Shown here one piece after another: positions 50,751 through 64,000 of a stretch of DNA of 64,000 bases. The stretch is from contig NMRA01000077.1 in assembly GCA_002633005.1 (NCBI GenBank), forward strand, positions 62,001 to 126,000, written 5' to 3'. The notes under the pieces were generated by a model. That model worked only from the letters and a program-made list of their open reading frames with translations. It did not search any database and was not told the origin of the DNA. The stretch is from Phoronis australis (Eukaryota > Animalia > Phoronida). Position 1 is the first letter of the stretch; every line of letters begins with the position of its first letter. Made by a program: the position numbers and the translations under genes.

Positions 50751-52648
50751 TAACTTGTAAAATAGTTCCGTAAAGTTGTTACTGAATAACCGACATCGCT
50801 GAATTAAAAAATGAACGACGTTTTATGACAGAAATCAAAAGTAAGTTTTTTCTTCGTTTAACCGCGCTTAAATATGGTTCGCACTCTTACGAGAGCGCTA
50901 ATTCATTCATGTATGTAGATAAGGCATTTCTACCGACGGGTTGTCCCAAAAAGAATAAAATATTCTTCTTAAGTTATGAGTGCCAGGATATAGTTTTACT
51001 GGGAGATAATGTTGTTTTAGTATTTAGGGAATCTCGAAGTTGGCTTTGGTGTATGTAGAAGTTGCACAGTTGATTCTTATTGAAGAGAATAAGTTTTTTA
51101 GTTTTGGCACTAAACGCTACCACTGAGCATGTATCGAGGAATTTTCGACAAAATTGCTGTGTGACGTTTAAAAGAACTTTTTGTATGTTTTGTAGTAGAA
51201 ATTGTGTTGGATTTTAAAATCGGATGTCGTGATTAAAGCATAATAGTTTGTTCTGCGGAGCAGACAAAGTCTGTAAAAGAGACACGGCAGTGCACTTAGG
51301 AAAAAACGTCGGTCTTTTCTCAGTAATTGGTCAATTCTAACATTAATATTAAAACTTATACTACTTTCAAAAGAAACTCTGGGGGTCACTGGATACCAAA
51401 ATGACCATTAATTACATGGAAAACTATTTTCTGGATATTCACATTTCAGAATATTTTTGTTAACGACTTTGGGAAACCTTGTACGCTTCTATGGGTTTTT
51501 CCTACTCTTCCGAGAAACCAAACAGTTCTGTAAATAAATGTATGTCGGTAATTTTACTAATAGTTGTTGCCAAAGCATGAACTCGTGAAATGACTCGTAA
51601 AGTGGCCGCTTTTTTGTTTTTTTTTTTCTGTTAACGTTGATCTACCTCTTTCACTGGTTTTGTTTGGGATTTCCGGTAGGAAACTGCTTTTGTCATCGTT
51701 AGGTTTTCATGATGAATATGAACCATGGCGTTGCCAACTAAAATTCTGAAAAAATGCAATGTTCTGTTCTGGTAATTGTGGAATTTATCACGACCGGAGA
51801 ATACAGACTTAAACAACGTCCCGGGTCATGCCATAGATTAAATATTTTTAAGTCTTTAATCTATGGCCATATTCATTAATATTATGTTATTCTTGCATAA
51901 TAGATCTGCGCCACAACAAATGGTAAGGTCAAATTATCTTGGGCTGGTTAATAGTGTAAACAACGTCTATTATCAATTTGAATAGTGTTAATTATATCAT
52001 TATTGTATACGGTGGCGCGACAAGGAGCACGCGTTCCTGTTGATATAGTTTCCACACCGTTCACTTGCTTTGTTGTTTTTAGAGTTTCAGGTGTCAAAAC
52101 CAATTCACGCTTTAAAGAGAACTTCTCTGACCCGTAGAACGAAACGTATCCAGCCGCATTTTACCCTGCTGTAGGATCCCAATGAACGAAAATTTGGATC
52201 TTTTTACCATCACAAATATCATATTCACCAAATCGATTTGTAGTTTTGCTGTCGTCTGCTAACCACATGTCACAAATAACTTGTAAATCATACAATTTAT
52301 CCAGTTTGCGGGGCTTTACATCCTCCATTGTATTTTCCTCCCTTGAATTTCAAGGAGGGGTTTTATAACCAACTGCATAATATAGAGCAGCGCATCCGTG
52401 TTATGGCTCTGGAACCTTATAAAATGGTTGAAATAACCCATCTGGAATTACTTGCGACCTTTTAACGGTTTCACACTTCGTTATTAAGATGTGTCATTTT
52501 ATGCCAAACAGTGGGGGTGCTTCAGTTACTGGAACAGCTTACGTGGCTCTGTTATGATAGTAAACGAGAACCAGAGGGTTCAAGTTTGAAATATTGCCGC
52601 GAACAATCCCAAATATTCTGTGAATTTTGTCTGGAGATTCCATCAACC

Positions 52649-53033
52649 ATGTCTGTTAGTCGTCGCTATGACGTCGAAAGGGCAAGTTCACTGCGAGACA
52701 GTTCACAGCCGGGCCGTTATTCGCGCTTGAATTGGGACGATTTGGCCGCGGAGGTTTCGCTTGAAGTTCAACATTCTCACGAGCTACCCCAGCCCTCTCG
52801 GAAAAGCGGAGTATTCCAAAAGATTGATTCGGGTTTGTTAGACAGTCTGGAAGAATCTTGCGTTGACGTTTTTCAGGAATTCAAAACTGGGACTGGAAAA
52901 TTGCTGACGATGGACGGTCATCCAAGCGACTCGGGGTCAGGCGACAACGAATTTGTCCCTGTGGTTTTAACGCCTGATGGTTGGAAACCCTTGTCCAGTA
53001 TTCAAAAAGCTGACAAGCTTGGCAATGAAAATG
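52649..53033 (+). CDS. Probable first coding exon of an unidentified gene
   Basis: accATG at 52649, 128 open codons (MSVSRRYDVERASSLRD...KLGNEN), strong donor G|GTGAGT at 53034; the downstream region is intron-like and CpG-poor. No domain recognised. Confidence 0.55.
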
Positions 53034-56000
53034 GTGAGTTGTTAAAAACGGCCCATAAACGTTTATGCACTAAAGTTCAATATTCTTCTTATCATTCTGC
53101 TACAAGTAACAAGTTGATTGGCTTGATTATTTCAAGTTTCATGATTGTGTCCACTCTCTCTGAAATGGAAAATAAATATGAAAACAATGTTTCAAACAAC
53201 TTACTGCAACAAATTTCTGCTGTTGTGAGTGCAGTGGGTTGGCCCACTCCTTACACTGTTTTTTTTAAGCTGAGTTGTAAACCAACCCTCCCAGAATGGT
53301 GGTGACCTACTGGAAGTTTGTCGCCCTGATCATGGGGCCTGGTTCATAAAGAAATTTTGTCAAGCCAATCTGATTACTATTGTAATGACTGGTCATTCAA
53401 TTCAGCTGGTAAGTGAATCAATCAACAGTACAGACTTCATTAGATTGAATTGGGATGAAATGAATTGATCCATTTTAGATTAGCTTTGTTGATTAGTGGT
53501 GTTTGAACCTCCAGAATAACAGGGAAAGTTTGACTTATGCAACAGTGTTTTTTTTGTTGAGAGTATTTATTCATACCAAAACTCCACTCTTTATGCAGCG
53601 TCACATACATGAACATTTTAGATGTCATTTAACTACAACAATAGAGTAAAAATCCAATGTAAATTTAATTAAAATGATTTCATTGTTACTCACTGAAAAG
53701 TGGTCTGATGCATGATGTCGATTATTTTTATGGGATATCATCTCTTTTTGATGATTTCATCAAAAACTTTTTCCGTCACCTGCTGTTGTAAAATTAATTT
53801 TTTCTGTTCAAAATAAGTCTTGCAAAGTCTTTAGTGATGTTTAGTTTTCTTTTGGTCAACTTGTTACTGGTAGATTCATGTACTGGTTAGTAGTCATGCT
53901 TTCCAGGTGTGTACAATGTATTTACGGGGAGTTTTCAAATGTGTTCCAAACTCAGGTGGCGGATTTAGAGGCACATTGGGTCCGAGGCCCCCGCCCCCTC
54001 CCCCTCTGGCATGGCAAAAACATCTGGCATGTTGTTTTAAAGGCTACTGACACAGTTTGTCCGCTGAAAAATGCTGAGAGACCCTGCAGGGTTGTTCTTG
54101 AGTATTCTTGTTAAATGTTTTTTGGATTGATGAAACACTGTGTTATAAACTTGTGAAAACAACTTTGTAGGGAAATGTTTATAAAATGAAGCAATGTATC
54201 AAATGGCATTAGTATATCATTCTTGATTAAAGTCAGTCTCATCACACCTGGTAACACTTTTTAATGATCTGTAGCCTCACTTACATGGGGGACAGTTGTC
54301 ACAGTTGTGTAAACAAGACTGGCAGAGAACAAGTTGGCACCGCAGCCAGCGGCCTTTTTTGCACCGACTTTAAAAGTAAAGCAAGTTGCACTGGATCAGT
54401 TGCTAAATTTTCAAATACAATTTAAACAAACAGGGGAAAGGGTCAATAGCGTATGTACGCTTGCATTCCATGTGGTTTGGACGTCCGCTTTTTATTCAAG
54501 CATGGGCATGCAAGCCATGCAGTCCTTGTGTAAATGACTCGTGCTGATCCAGTTTGCAATCTAATGTCATGTACCATAAATGCACTAAAGTGAAGCAAGT
54601 CACGCTGTGACAACTCACACCGTGACAAACTCGCACTGTGACATCTGTTTTCATGTAAAAATAGGTTGTGCCACTCCTATCCTGTGCTATGACTTGTGCT
54701 GTTGTTTGCCTGGGCCATCTCTGAGTACCATAGTATCTAAAGCCTAGTCCGCCCACAGACATGGTCAGCACACTCATGTGGTCTGTGTTTATAACTCAGT
54801 CACTGATCATGTAAGTCATGCCATGGCACCAGGCTTCTGCTGAGTGGAGTCTCTTGAATGTGAAAGGTTTTCTTGCAGAATTGTCCATCAAATCAGTTTC
54901 ATCCAAGAACACAAATATTTGAGAACAGTAAGCACATATTGAGCACCATTTTTGACTGGTGCAAGTTCACAATATTTGTATTGTTGTGATGTGAATTTCA
55001 CGAATAATTTTAGGAGCACACCCAGCATCATTGGCGCAGAAATAATTTCATTGACGCACTATGATTGCTTAACTTGTGCTCATTAAAATTTGAAGCAAAA
55101 AAGGACAGAAAACTAACATGGCCATAGAACTGGCCTCACAGACTGCAGGCCGTGTGGGTCAATTCACCCATACCCACATTTTTCTAAAGTGATTCCTACA
55201 TCTAGACTTTTTTAAAGCTATATTTACATAAATAGTCTAGTATAGGAAAGTTCTACTTGTAACTAGGTCATCAGGTGCTTTCACTGCTGAGTTGATTCAC
55301 TCATTTTAATTCAGGTAAGTAATTATAACTACCACGGACCTGACACAAGCTGAACATGTTTGTGCCTTTGGCTTCACTGCACTGTTTTTTTTATTTTTTT
55401 GAAATTACTGGTAAGGTTGTCTCAAACCTTGTTCACACAAGTTGGCTGTATTTGCAATATTTCACACTTATCTAGTAAAATACCTTTTCTTCATTGTGGG
55501 GGAACTTCAAATATGAAACATGTAACGTGTAAGGAGAAAAGGGATTTTTCAGAATCACCTTCAACCACATGGAAATTTGTTTACTTCTTATCCATGTCAA
55601 AGGTTACAAAGTTGTCGCTCAACTCCGAATCTCCCCCTAGGCTTGCGCAGTTCTCACCATAGAGTCCTTTCATTCTCTAAGTCGCCATAATATTGAGTCA
55701 ATGGAAAAATGCCGTGGAAAACGAAAACAAAACATAGTTTTGGTCCTGAGTGAGTTGTGCGTCTTCATACTTACGACCGTTGATAACGTATTACGAATGC
55801 ACGGAGTCGCCGCACGGCGTCTGGCACTTTGTTTTCACTAACACAGCAAGTTGTGAAAAAAGATAAATCCTCACCCAAATACATTCATTTCATTGTAATT
55901 CATTAATCTGACTTTTCACTGTTTATATTGCTTGGATAAATGTATTCAATAAAGATTTTGAATGATGGACACAACAAAAAACAAACACTTTAATTTGCTC

Positions 56001-58300
56001 ACGCCTTACGCAAATGACTTGACAATGAGGCCATGGCCTTATACAGTTATGCTTCAATTAAATATTATTTGTATGTCACATCGTTTGGTAAGATAGTGAT
56101 AGTTTTCTTCACTGACCACTCCTTTGTACTTGACCTCTAAGAACTATCTTATCAAAGCTCTTATTTTTTAGGAAAAATTAAAGTTCTATTGTCCAGCAAA
56201 CTAATTTTAAATTGTAAAAAGCATATTTTCAGAGTATTGTTCTATGTGATAATAACTTCTTGAAATTATCAGTTTTGATCAGAGGTATAAACCAACAAAA
56301 TCCATTGGTTTTAATACAAATTGCCAATTCCCATCATTGTCCCCAAGTGTTCTTGTCTCAAGACAACCTACTGTTGTCAAAATTTGTTGTCAGTTGTTGA
56401 AAAAAATTGTAAACTAGTGAAATCGTTTCTAGTTTCAATCCCAAACAAAGTAGCTGTGTTGGGTCTTGAATCTATTTTGACATAGTAGTAACACAAGCTT
56501 GTCTGCACAGATTACTAATCATTAGATCTGTGTTGAAACATGTATGGGAACAATTGATCTATTGGCTCTCTGTGATAACAGTTAACCTAAGTAAACAGAT
56601 CATATCAACATACCTGAATTAAATTTACAAGCACCTGAACTAGAGGGGTTTGATACTTAATGTAAGGGATTGGTCAGTTTTGCCATGTTTTGTTTGAAGT
56701 CAAAGTTAAATTTTCAAGTGAGAGCATGGTGGCAAATCCTCTGTTATTTAAAAAATTTGTTAACTACTCAAAGGGAAATGGCTGACATGTGATAGGCCTG
56801 CCATCATTATACCTTTGCAAATTTTCTGAACACGGAACATGGTGGATGGTGATCGAACAAACTAGATTTGAGTTATCTCCCATAGCGCTCTGTGATCACA
56901 CATACCGGTACATAATAAATTAACGCATCATATTTTCCCTAAAAATGTAAAAGCAGGTGGTTAGGTGAGATCTTGCTTGTGTTTGAGAATGAACCTTTGG
57001 ACTTTGGAGTTTCAGCTGCACTTTTCCTTCAGTATTCATGTGGGAAATACCTGTAGTACAGGTATGTTTTGTGAGACTGTTAGGACAAACGTCCTTCCCA
57101 AAATTCTCAAAAATTTTGTTTTGAAGCACTCTTGTTCCAATTTAACCACAATGTCCCAGCCCCTAATTATTTACTAGTTCCCCAATGTAAGCACCCTGAA
57201 CAAAACCGGTTAGTGAACTGAGTGCGTTTCGGGAACTGAATATCTTCGTAGTATGGTACATTGGAAGGTGGGCATGTAATAGAAAAAAGTGAACCTTGGG
57301 TTTGGGACAGGGCTAGGCATTGACCTGGATAACTATGGTCAATAGTGAATGCCATATGGTCGGATCATTTTAAGCTTGGCTTGCAAACTGTGGGCCTCGT
57401 GAACTCACTATGGTAACCAACAGATGTTTTTTGTTATCAAAATCAACAGGTAGTCTGGTTGACTTTTTGTTTTTTGAACAAATAATCACCGTGTGGTGTT
57501 GGTATGCCAATGTGATGTCTTTATTTTCCCTCTATACATTTTGTACTGCACTTAAGGGTAGTATAAGTACTTGTGTTCCATGAGATGATTTAACCGTTTT
57601 CAATTGGTAAAACTTTAAAGTGAAAATTGTGGCTTTCCGTGATGCTATAATGCCAGAAGTGTCAATTCATGGTGAATTTGTAGCAGATGTGACATTTTTA
57701 CTGTTAAAATTCCAAAATAGAATGCACCCCAGTAAAGATGGTGAAACATGATTGTAGCCATAAGAAATATTTCATTACCCACTTGAGGTGAGCATGAAAG
57801 TTATCAAATGGTTGAATTCAATTCAGCACATTTTTTTATTCAATTGGTATGGATGAATACAAAATATGGCATTATTATTTCCCAGAAATCAACTTGATGT
57901 AATATCTGGGCATTAAATAAGAATGTTTCGTTAGGATTACAGACATGATCAAAAATGCCATGGTCAGTTTAAATCTGAAGAATCTTTACTGCCTTTTATC
58001 ATCTGGAACTATTCTCTATATAAATAATACAGTTTATTGATTGGGTACTTAAATTCTCATTTTATTAGCCATGGCTCTGTAATTTGTACTTTAGTACATT
58101 ACTTTAATGTGCTAATGTTGTGGGTACATACCAAAAATGAACTGGGTGCCAGATTTTTGGGGTCTGCCTGATCCAAACTGAGCTTCATCTGTGCCTGATT
58201 GCTTGCATGCCATGTTGCGGTCCACACACAGACTTGCCCTAGAACAAGTTACTCTTGGAACGAGTTGTCGCTAGGTTTGGAGGCTGCGGACACTATTTAA

Positions 58301-58715
58301 ACTAGTGCAACTTAACCCACTTGTGACAACTTACTCCACCTTATCAAGGTGAGGTAACTTGTTCTAGGGTAACTTGCGCCACTTCTAATTCCTGTGTGGC
58401 CGTAAACCTGGGGCAAGGCGTAAACCTGGGGCAAGGCGTAAACCTGGGGCAAGGCGTAAACCTGGGGCAAGGCGTAAACCTGGGGCAAGGCGTAAACCTG
58501 GGACAAGGCGTAAACCTGGGGCAAGGCGTAAACTTGGGGCAAGGCACTGAACTATTTATCAACTGCGGTTACATACATATGTTTTTTTGCATGCCATACT
58601 CGCATTTAGTTGTTCATTGTCACGTACAGAGTGACAATTTTCGCCTTACCTAGAGTTGTTGGATATGTGTGTGCTTGTGGACGTTCCACTTAAAAGTGGG
58701 GTAAGTTGCACCAGT
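58301..58715. mobile_element. MITE-like element with 22-bp inverted repeats around an 18-bp array
   Basis: actagtgcaacttaacccactt (58301-58322) / aagtggggtaagttgcaccagt (58694-58715), 2 mismatches. Confidence 0.55.
58401..58545 (+). repeat. 18-bp minisatellite (cgtaaacctggggcaagg), 8 copies
   Basis: Read directly; two single-base variant units. Confidence 0.97.
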
Positions 58716-61574
58716 CCAAGTTGTTTTAGGGTAGGCTGTGTGTGGATGGGACTTAAGGTTACAGAGACACCTGTTAGACTCATTAATGTTCAATTTGTTA
58801 ATGACTTCAGTAGTTGGTGGGGATATAAACTGTGGGAGCAACACACTCCATTGTTAAAAGGAATCCTTATCTTTGTTGGAACATGTGCCATCATACGCTG
58901 TGGAGATTGAATAAAGTGGCCCACAGAGCCTCCAAGCTATGGCGTGCGTCAGTTTTTTTTTCTACCCTTTACTGGTCCATATTTTTGGTGTGGCATCTTT
59001 CATTCTGTTATTTTGTCTGCTAAACTCTATATTCAATAATGTCAAACATAAATTTACCTTCACCAATGAACCAGTGGCACATTCCCTGCACTGATGGTCA
59101 GAACAATATAAGTAGCTGTTGTGGGAAACCACTTCACCTCTGATTATAGAAGCTCTGTATCCTTATTTAAAGCTAGTTATTTTTAATTTTGACCCTGGAA
59201 CATGTATCTAGAGTCAGCAGTGCCTGTTTTTTGGTTTGGTCTGAACTAACCACTAATAATCTTGTTTATATTTGCTAGAGTGATAGCCTTCAAGTACCAA
59301 CCAATTTGTTACCATGGCTGGTATCCAACAATGGTTAACTTGTAAAAAAATGCTTGTAAGCTAACCAATAGATGACAAGTTTCACATTTAGAACTTTTGT
59401 CCTCAAGTTCAAAAGTTTTTCATGGATAGAAACTAATTTCCTAAGGAATGACTTGGTTCTAAAAAAACACAAGATTGCTCTGACATAACAAAATTGATCG
59501 TATTGAAAGTCTGAGTGGTCGAATTGGAGGTCGTTTGAAGGGCATTTGAAGGCATGTGCAAAAGATATACTGTAGTTGATGAAAAGTGGTTCATAATGCT
59601 GGAGATAGGTAAGTAGTAAAAGTAGCCGTCCTAGCTCTTCAAAGCCATGGATACACAATCTTGATGTTGTCGGGTACATTTTCCGAACTTTATGAATTGG
59701 GCTATTTTGTGCGAGTCTCTCCCGACTCAGAAGAGTCTCTTTTCTGTTCTTTCTTTTGATGGCATCTATAGTGCATGGCAACAATTTCCTAAAGCTGCAT
59801 TTTGTCCTGTTTAGCTGGCCATGAACAAATGTTGAATTAGGCCTTTACTTACTCTCATAAAATGGTTCTCTTAATTAACATTTGTTACCATGATGGGGTT
59901 ATTGTTTATATTACCAATAAGAACATTAAATCCATCAGTAACACTAGGAAACACTTCAGAGTTGTTGGTGTTGGCCAATCCTAAAATTCCGTATTCAAAA
60001 ATGGCATATGAACTTATTGCCTATGACTTGAGTTACTGGCTCATTGGGCAACCATTAAACTTCCTCCGATAATGTTTTAAAACATCAAAGGCTCAAAGCG
60101 CTTTGGTTACATGGCAAAACACAGCTTTAAAAGATAGCATGAGGACATGAAACTTTCTTTTACAAAGGACCTGTTAGCCAATAGCAGGGCTCTAGTGAGT
60201 TCTGTGCAATGGACACATCCATGGCTTGCACCCATCTGTTGCACTGTGAAGCACACCGCACAGTGTACTTTTTGGGGTAGAATTTTTGCTGCTGAGATTG
60301 GTTTCGATCTTTACTATTATAAAAAAATGATGTGAGAATGTTGTTGATGATGATAACTTATTGTTAGCCAACTTGACAATTGTATTGGACTGTTAATCAT
60401 TTTTTTATATTGTTTTTATGTCTGCTGCTTCCTCTACTTGCAAGTTTCATACATGTTTTGTGGCTCTTTTATTTGGTTTTGCCTGGCAGAACATGTATAT
60501 AGAGCTTTGTATGTGATGGTAGTGCATTCTCTTTATTAGCTAATTTATTCCAGCGAAAACAATTTCTGGGAATTATTGGGATTTTTCGTTAGTGTCATTG
60601 TTGGTGGCACAATTTTTCGTCTATCTGAATGGTGAGAGAAATTTCCGTTTTGTTGTATATGATAGTGGTTAAAATACTTAGTGGATTTCTTGTATTCACC
60701 GTCAGCAAGGTTATGGCTGGATGTCACCACCAATATGATGAGACTGCTGATTATAGAATCTTTGTGGCGGTTGCTTCAGTTAGTACGTAAGTTTGATGTG
60801 ATAACAACGAGGCTCTGAAAAACATGCAGTTGTCTAAAATATTCACACTAGTTTAGGTAAAGGCTCAATTAGACCTTTAACTGATGCTGATGGCACCAGG
60901 GATATGCATGTATAGCACTCACCTTTGAGACTTGCAGCGAGAAATTACAAACAATAAATTTGATTCCTCACTGTTTTATTGCCTAGTTAAATTTTACCAT
61001 AAAGTTCTCACCATTGCAAGCACAATCTTGGGCAGCTAGAAAAATTCTTGCTGATGATGATTGTCACAGTGATTGCTCACTTGAACTCCTCACATCTTCA
61101 AGTATTTACCCCAATGAATAAAAATTAAGAGGGGGTTGGGGGTCAAGTTCAGGGAGTGAACTTTCCATTCAGTAGTGCATCTTCTCTATTGACATTCCTC
61201 TCAAATCTAGTTGACACTTAGAAGTGTCACATTAACAGTACGAGTGTGATCCCATCTTGCTGGAATTACTGTTGGTCCCTGCTAAATCGATACCCTTTTC
61301 CACCCTTAAAGACCTTCAAAACTTGCAAAGCACAGCAACAGCACTTTGAATTAAATGTGTGAATGGTCATTCCTATAATCACACCAATAAGACCAGTAGT
61401 TTTGTCATGTTTTGGTTTTGGTAAGGCAAACCAAGCTGTGCATATTCAAGAGTGTACTCATAATTAGCAGGTGTCTGAACCCAAATACTAAATGACATAT
61501 TGTGTTTTAGTCTGTGGCCCAAAAGTGTTACACTGCCTGCGAGTATGCTTGCAGCAAAAAGATGGATACATATC

Positions 61575-61715
61575 CATGGGCGGCACACCATAGGGGGCTG
61601 GGGGGCTATAGCCCTCCACTTTTGTCAGTGCTCCGGTGCCCATGGTGCGCGTTGCACCACAGGGTGGCTGGGGGCTATAGCCCCTACTTTTTTCAGTGCT
61701 GTGCCGCCGCCCATG
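61575..61715. mobile_element. hAT-like MITE (same family as 3972-4043)
   Basis: TIR catgggcggc/gccgcccatg; two internal ggctgggg(g)ctatagccc motifs. Confidence 0.65.
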
Positions 61716-62068
61716 GTATCTCCAAACAATGAAACAATTACAAATAAAAATTATTTTTGGTAGAATTGTCATCCACTCACAGTTCAGTAGTCTGTATGGT
61801 AGTGATTTCTTTAGAAATAGTTACTTCCGTAAGAAGCAAAAGTGTTGGTAACATTTACTTGGGTCACCATGTAATTACCTTGTTATAAGTTGCTTTGAAA
61901 CTTGAAAGTAACCTTTGTGTGTTGTCTTTTGTTTAGAGACGGTCATTTTAACATTTAAAAACAAAACCACAATAAAGATTTCTCTTCACTGAGTTAAGTG
62001 CCATTTACACATCAAAAGTTGACACCAATCAGATGACACAGAACGAGTTGTTCCAGTGTGTATAAGGG

Positions 62069-62380
62069 ACTGACACGGAGCAAACTGACACCGCGGTCAC
62101 AAATTTAGCCACCCGTTTGTGAGGTAGAGCAATTTGCGCCCGAACATCTTGCGCCGTGTCAATTATAAGTGTAAACGCGAAACTGGGACAAGGCGTAAAG
62201 GATCATCTCTACTGCGCTTGTGCAATGACCTACGTACGGGCTCTAATGTCTCTGAAACTCTCGTCATTTGTAAACCTGCGCATGTGTGATCCAGTCTCTC
62301 CAGCCTGCTATTTCCGTCTTGCCACAGATAGTGTTTGTGTAAACGGCCGCTTGACACGGGTCAATTTGCTCCGTGTCAGT
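62069..62380. mobile_element. MITE with a 21-bp inverted repeat
   Basis: actgacacggagcaaactgac / gtcaatttgctccgtgtcagt, 1 mismatch. Confidence 0.7.
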
Positions 62381-62637
62381 TGCGCCGGGCCAAAAGTTGA
62401 TGTCTAAAAGGGACTTAAGATTCTGATATCAGGTTCACATGTGTAATAAAATGCCAGGGTTTTTGCTTGCAGCAAAAACATCAGTAATGTGAATGGTTGC
62501 AAGGGTCACTTTTGCCGGCACCTTGCTGGAGGTCTGAGTTACTCCAAAACTGCTGGCGTTTTCACCGCCACTTGTATAACCAGGCCACTTATTTCAAATG
62601 ACACACATGCGCCTTTGTTTTATCCTCATGATCTCAA

Positions 62638-63141
62638 GGGCCTTTAATACTAACGTCGACGCGTTGATGGTTTGGGGAGTTGCGGTCAGTATGAACGCTT
62701 AACTCCGGTCCTGAATCGCAGTTAAGAGCTCCAGTTAACATCGCAGTTAATAGGTGGATTTAAGACCGCAGCGTCGACGCTGCGGTGCAGTATGAACGCT
62801 TAACTCCGGTCCAATCGAAGTTATCGCCAGGTGCCACTGTTATCGTCAACAGTTACAGAGTAGTGCTGTCACTAATAACTACTTATTTTTTGGTTTAATG
62901 ATAACCAATCGATTTAAAAAGGAGTTTTATGTCATTTAGCACATTTAAATGTTCCAAATTGTCACAATGAAAAAAATCTTAGCGTGCAGCGCTACCTTGC
63001 GATAACTTCTATGACGTCAGCGTCACCAACCCTTTTCTTCGATGGTCATTAACTACCGAAGCCAGTATGAACGGTCCAGTTAACTGCGCTGTTTACGTCG
63101 ACGCTCCGCTCAGACCGGAGTTAAGTCAATATGAAAGGGCC
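62638..63141. mobile_element. PIF/Harbinger-like MITE
   Basis: Imperfect termini gggcctttaatact / aatatgaaagggcc; internal direct repeat cagtatgaacgcttaactccggtcc twice. Superfamily is inferred. Confidence 0.5.
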
Positions 63142-63399
63142 TATAGAGAGTGAGCATGTTTTGTAACCAGCTTTGGCATAAAAGCCATTTGGTGGTGAGG
63201 AAATAAACTAACTACTGACGAAAATGGCACTTTTGTTGACAGCTGTCTGTCTGGCTGAAATGTTAGTATTTTTGGATATGGTTTTAGCCAATGGGTTTTG
63301 CTTGTTATTTTATGGCAAAGTTAGTTGAGTAATGTCAATTGTTTTCCAGTTGTTATGACTCAGTAAGTCCTAGTTTGAGTAGGTAGATAATTTGTGGCA

Positions 63400-63470
63400 T
63401 TTCAGGGTAACCCCTTTGTTTCAGGGTAACCCCTTTGTTTCAGGGTAACCCTTTTGTTTCAGGGTAACTC
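63400..63470 (+). repeat. 19-bp tandem repeat (tttcagggtaacccctttg), about 3.7 copies
   Basis: Read directly from the sequence. Confidence 0.92.
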
Positions 63471-64000
63471 CCATTTTGATGTCTAAGTATAGAGAAACTC
63501 AGCATCTTCATTTGCAGTACTATTCTGATATGTATATGTACTTTGGTTCACAGTATATACTAGTGCTTGTGGTATTAATTTATTGCACACCCATCATCAT
63601 TATACATGCCCACTAAGTAAGACCACACTGTATGTGTTGGGATTATTTGTTTACAACTGGAATCTGTAAAAGCCTGTCATTACAGGTGATTAGCTTCAAC
63701 TCCCCCAGACAAGTCCAGTCAAGCTAATTATTGGCTAGGAAGTATGGACTTGCTATGTCAGCTTCCTAATTTACACTCTTCAATAACTAGGTACCTTGAG
63801 GAAGGACATTTGAATTGAACACAACCTAGAGGACTAAATGCTCCTGGTTTTGATAATTCTTGTAGACTTTGTAAACAAACTGAAACTTAAACATGTTTGC
63901 CACTATTTGATTTAGGAAAGTATTAAACTTGTTGAAAACTTTTCAACATCTCAAGTTCCAAAAGTTAGAAGCATAAATATGCTTGTGAGATTAAAAAGTA

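Noticed and set aside
51830-51867. Short hairpin gccatagattaaa/tttaatctatggc as a terminator
   Set aside because: Eukaryotic context; more likely a tiny palindromic repeat with no supportable function.
53034-53305. C-terminal part of the 264-aa ORF as coding
   Set aside because: It lies after a strong GTGAGT donor and has intron-like composition; probably chance read-through.
58312-58653. Repeat-protein ORFs (GVNLGQ, PQVYAL, CPRFTP)
   Set aside because: Translations of an 18-bp tandem repeat with no synonymous variation pattern or splice support.

Overview
This is AT-rich eukaryotic DNA, most likely from an invertebrate animal (inferred from spliceosomal introns and the gene and transposon families; the species cannot be identified). 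Host genes: (1) a GPI-anchored Ly6/uPAR three-finger protein with exons at 3792-3922 and 5599-5811 on +, signal-peptide exon not located; (2) a GRL101-like rhodopsin-class GPCR of about 1892 aa on the - strand, built from two very large coding exons (22391-18964 and 16122-13872), with architecture signal peptide, about 4 CUB-like domains, a Cys-rich region, 2 C-type-lectin-like domains, about 7 LDLa, about 5 LRR and 7TM; (3) a probable first coding exon at 52649-53033 followed by a long CpG-depleted region. Most of the rest is degraded transposable elements. The most unusual is a pogo-type transposase pseudogene with an OTU-like cysteine-protease domain between its DDE core and its PHD finger. 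Also present: Penelope-like fragments with inverted pseudo-LTRs and degenerate hammerhead ribozyme cores, a SAP/SWIM-type relic interrupted by an RNase H fragment, an RT fragment, many MITEs, perfect hairpins and minisatellites. All calls come from manual reading and motif recognition; no searches were run.
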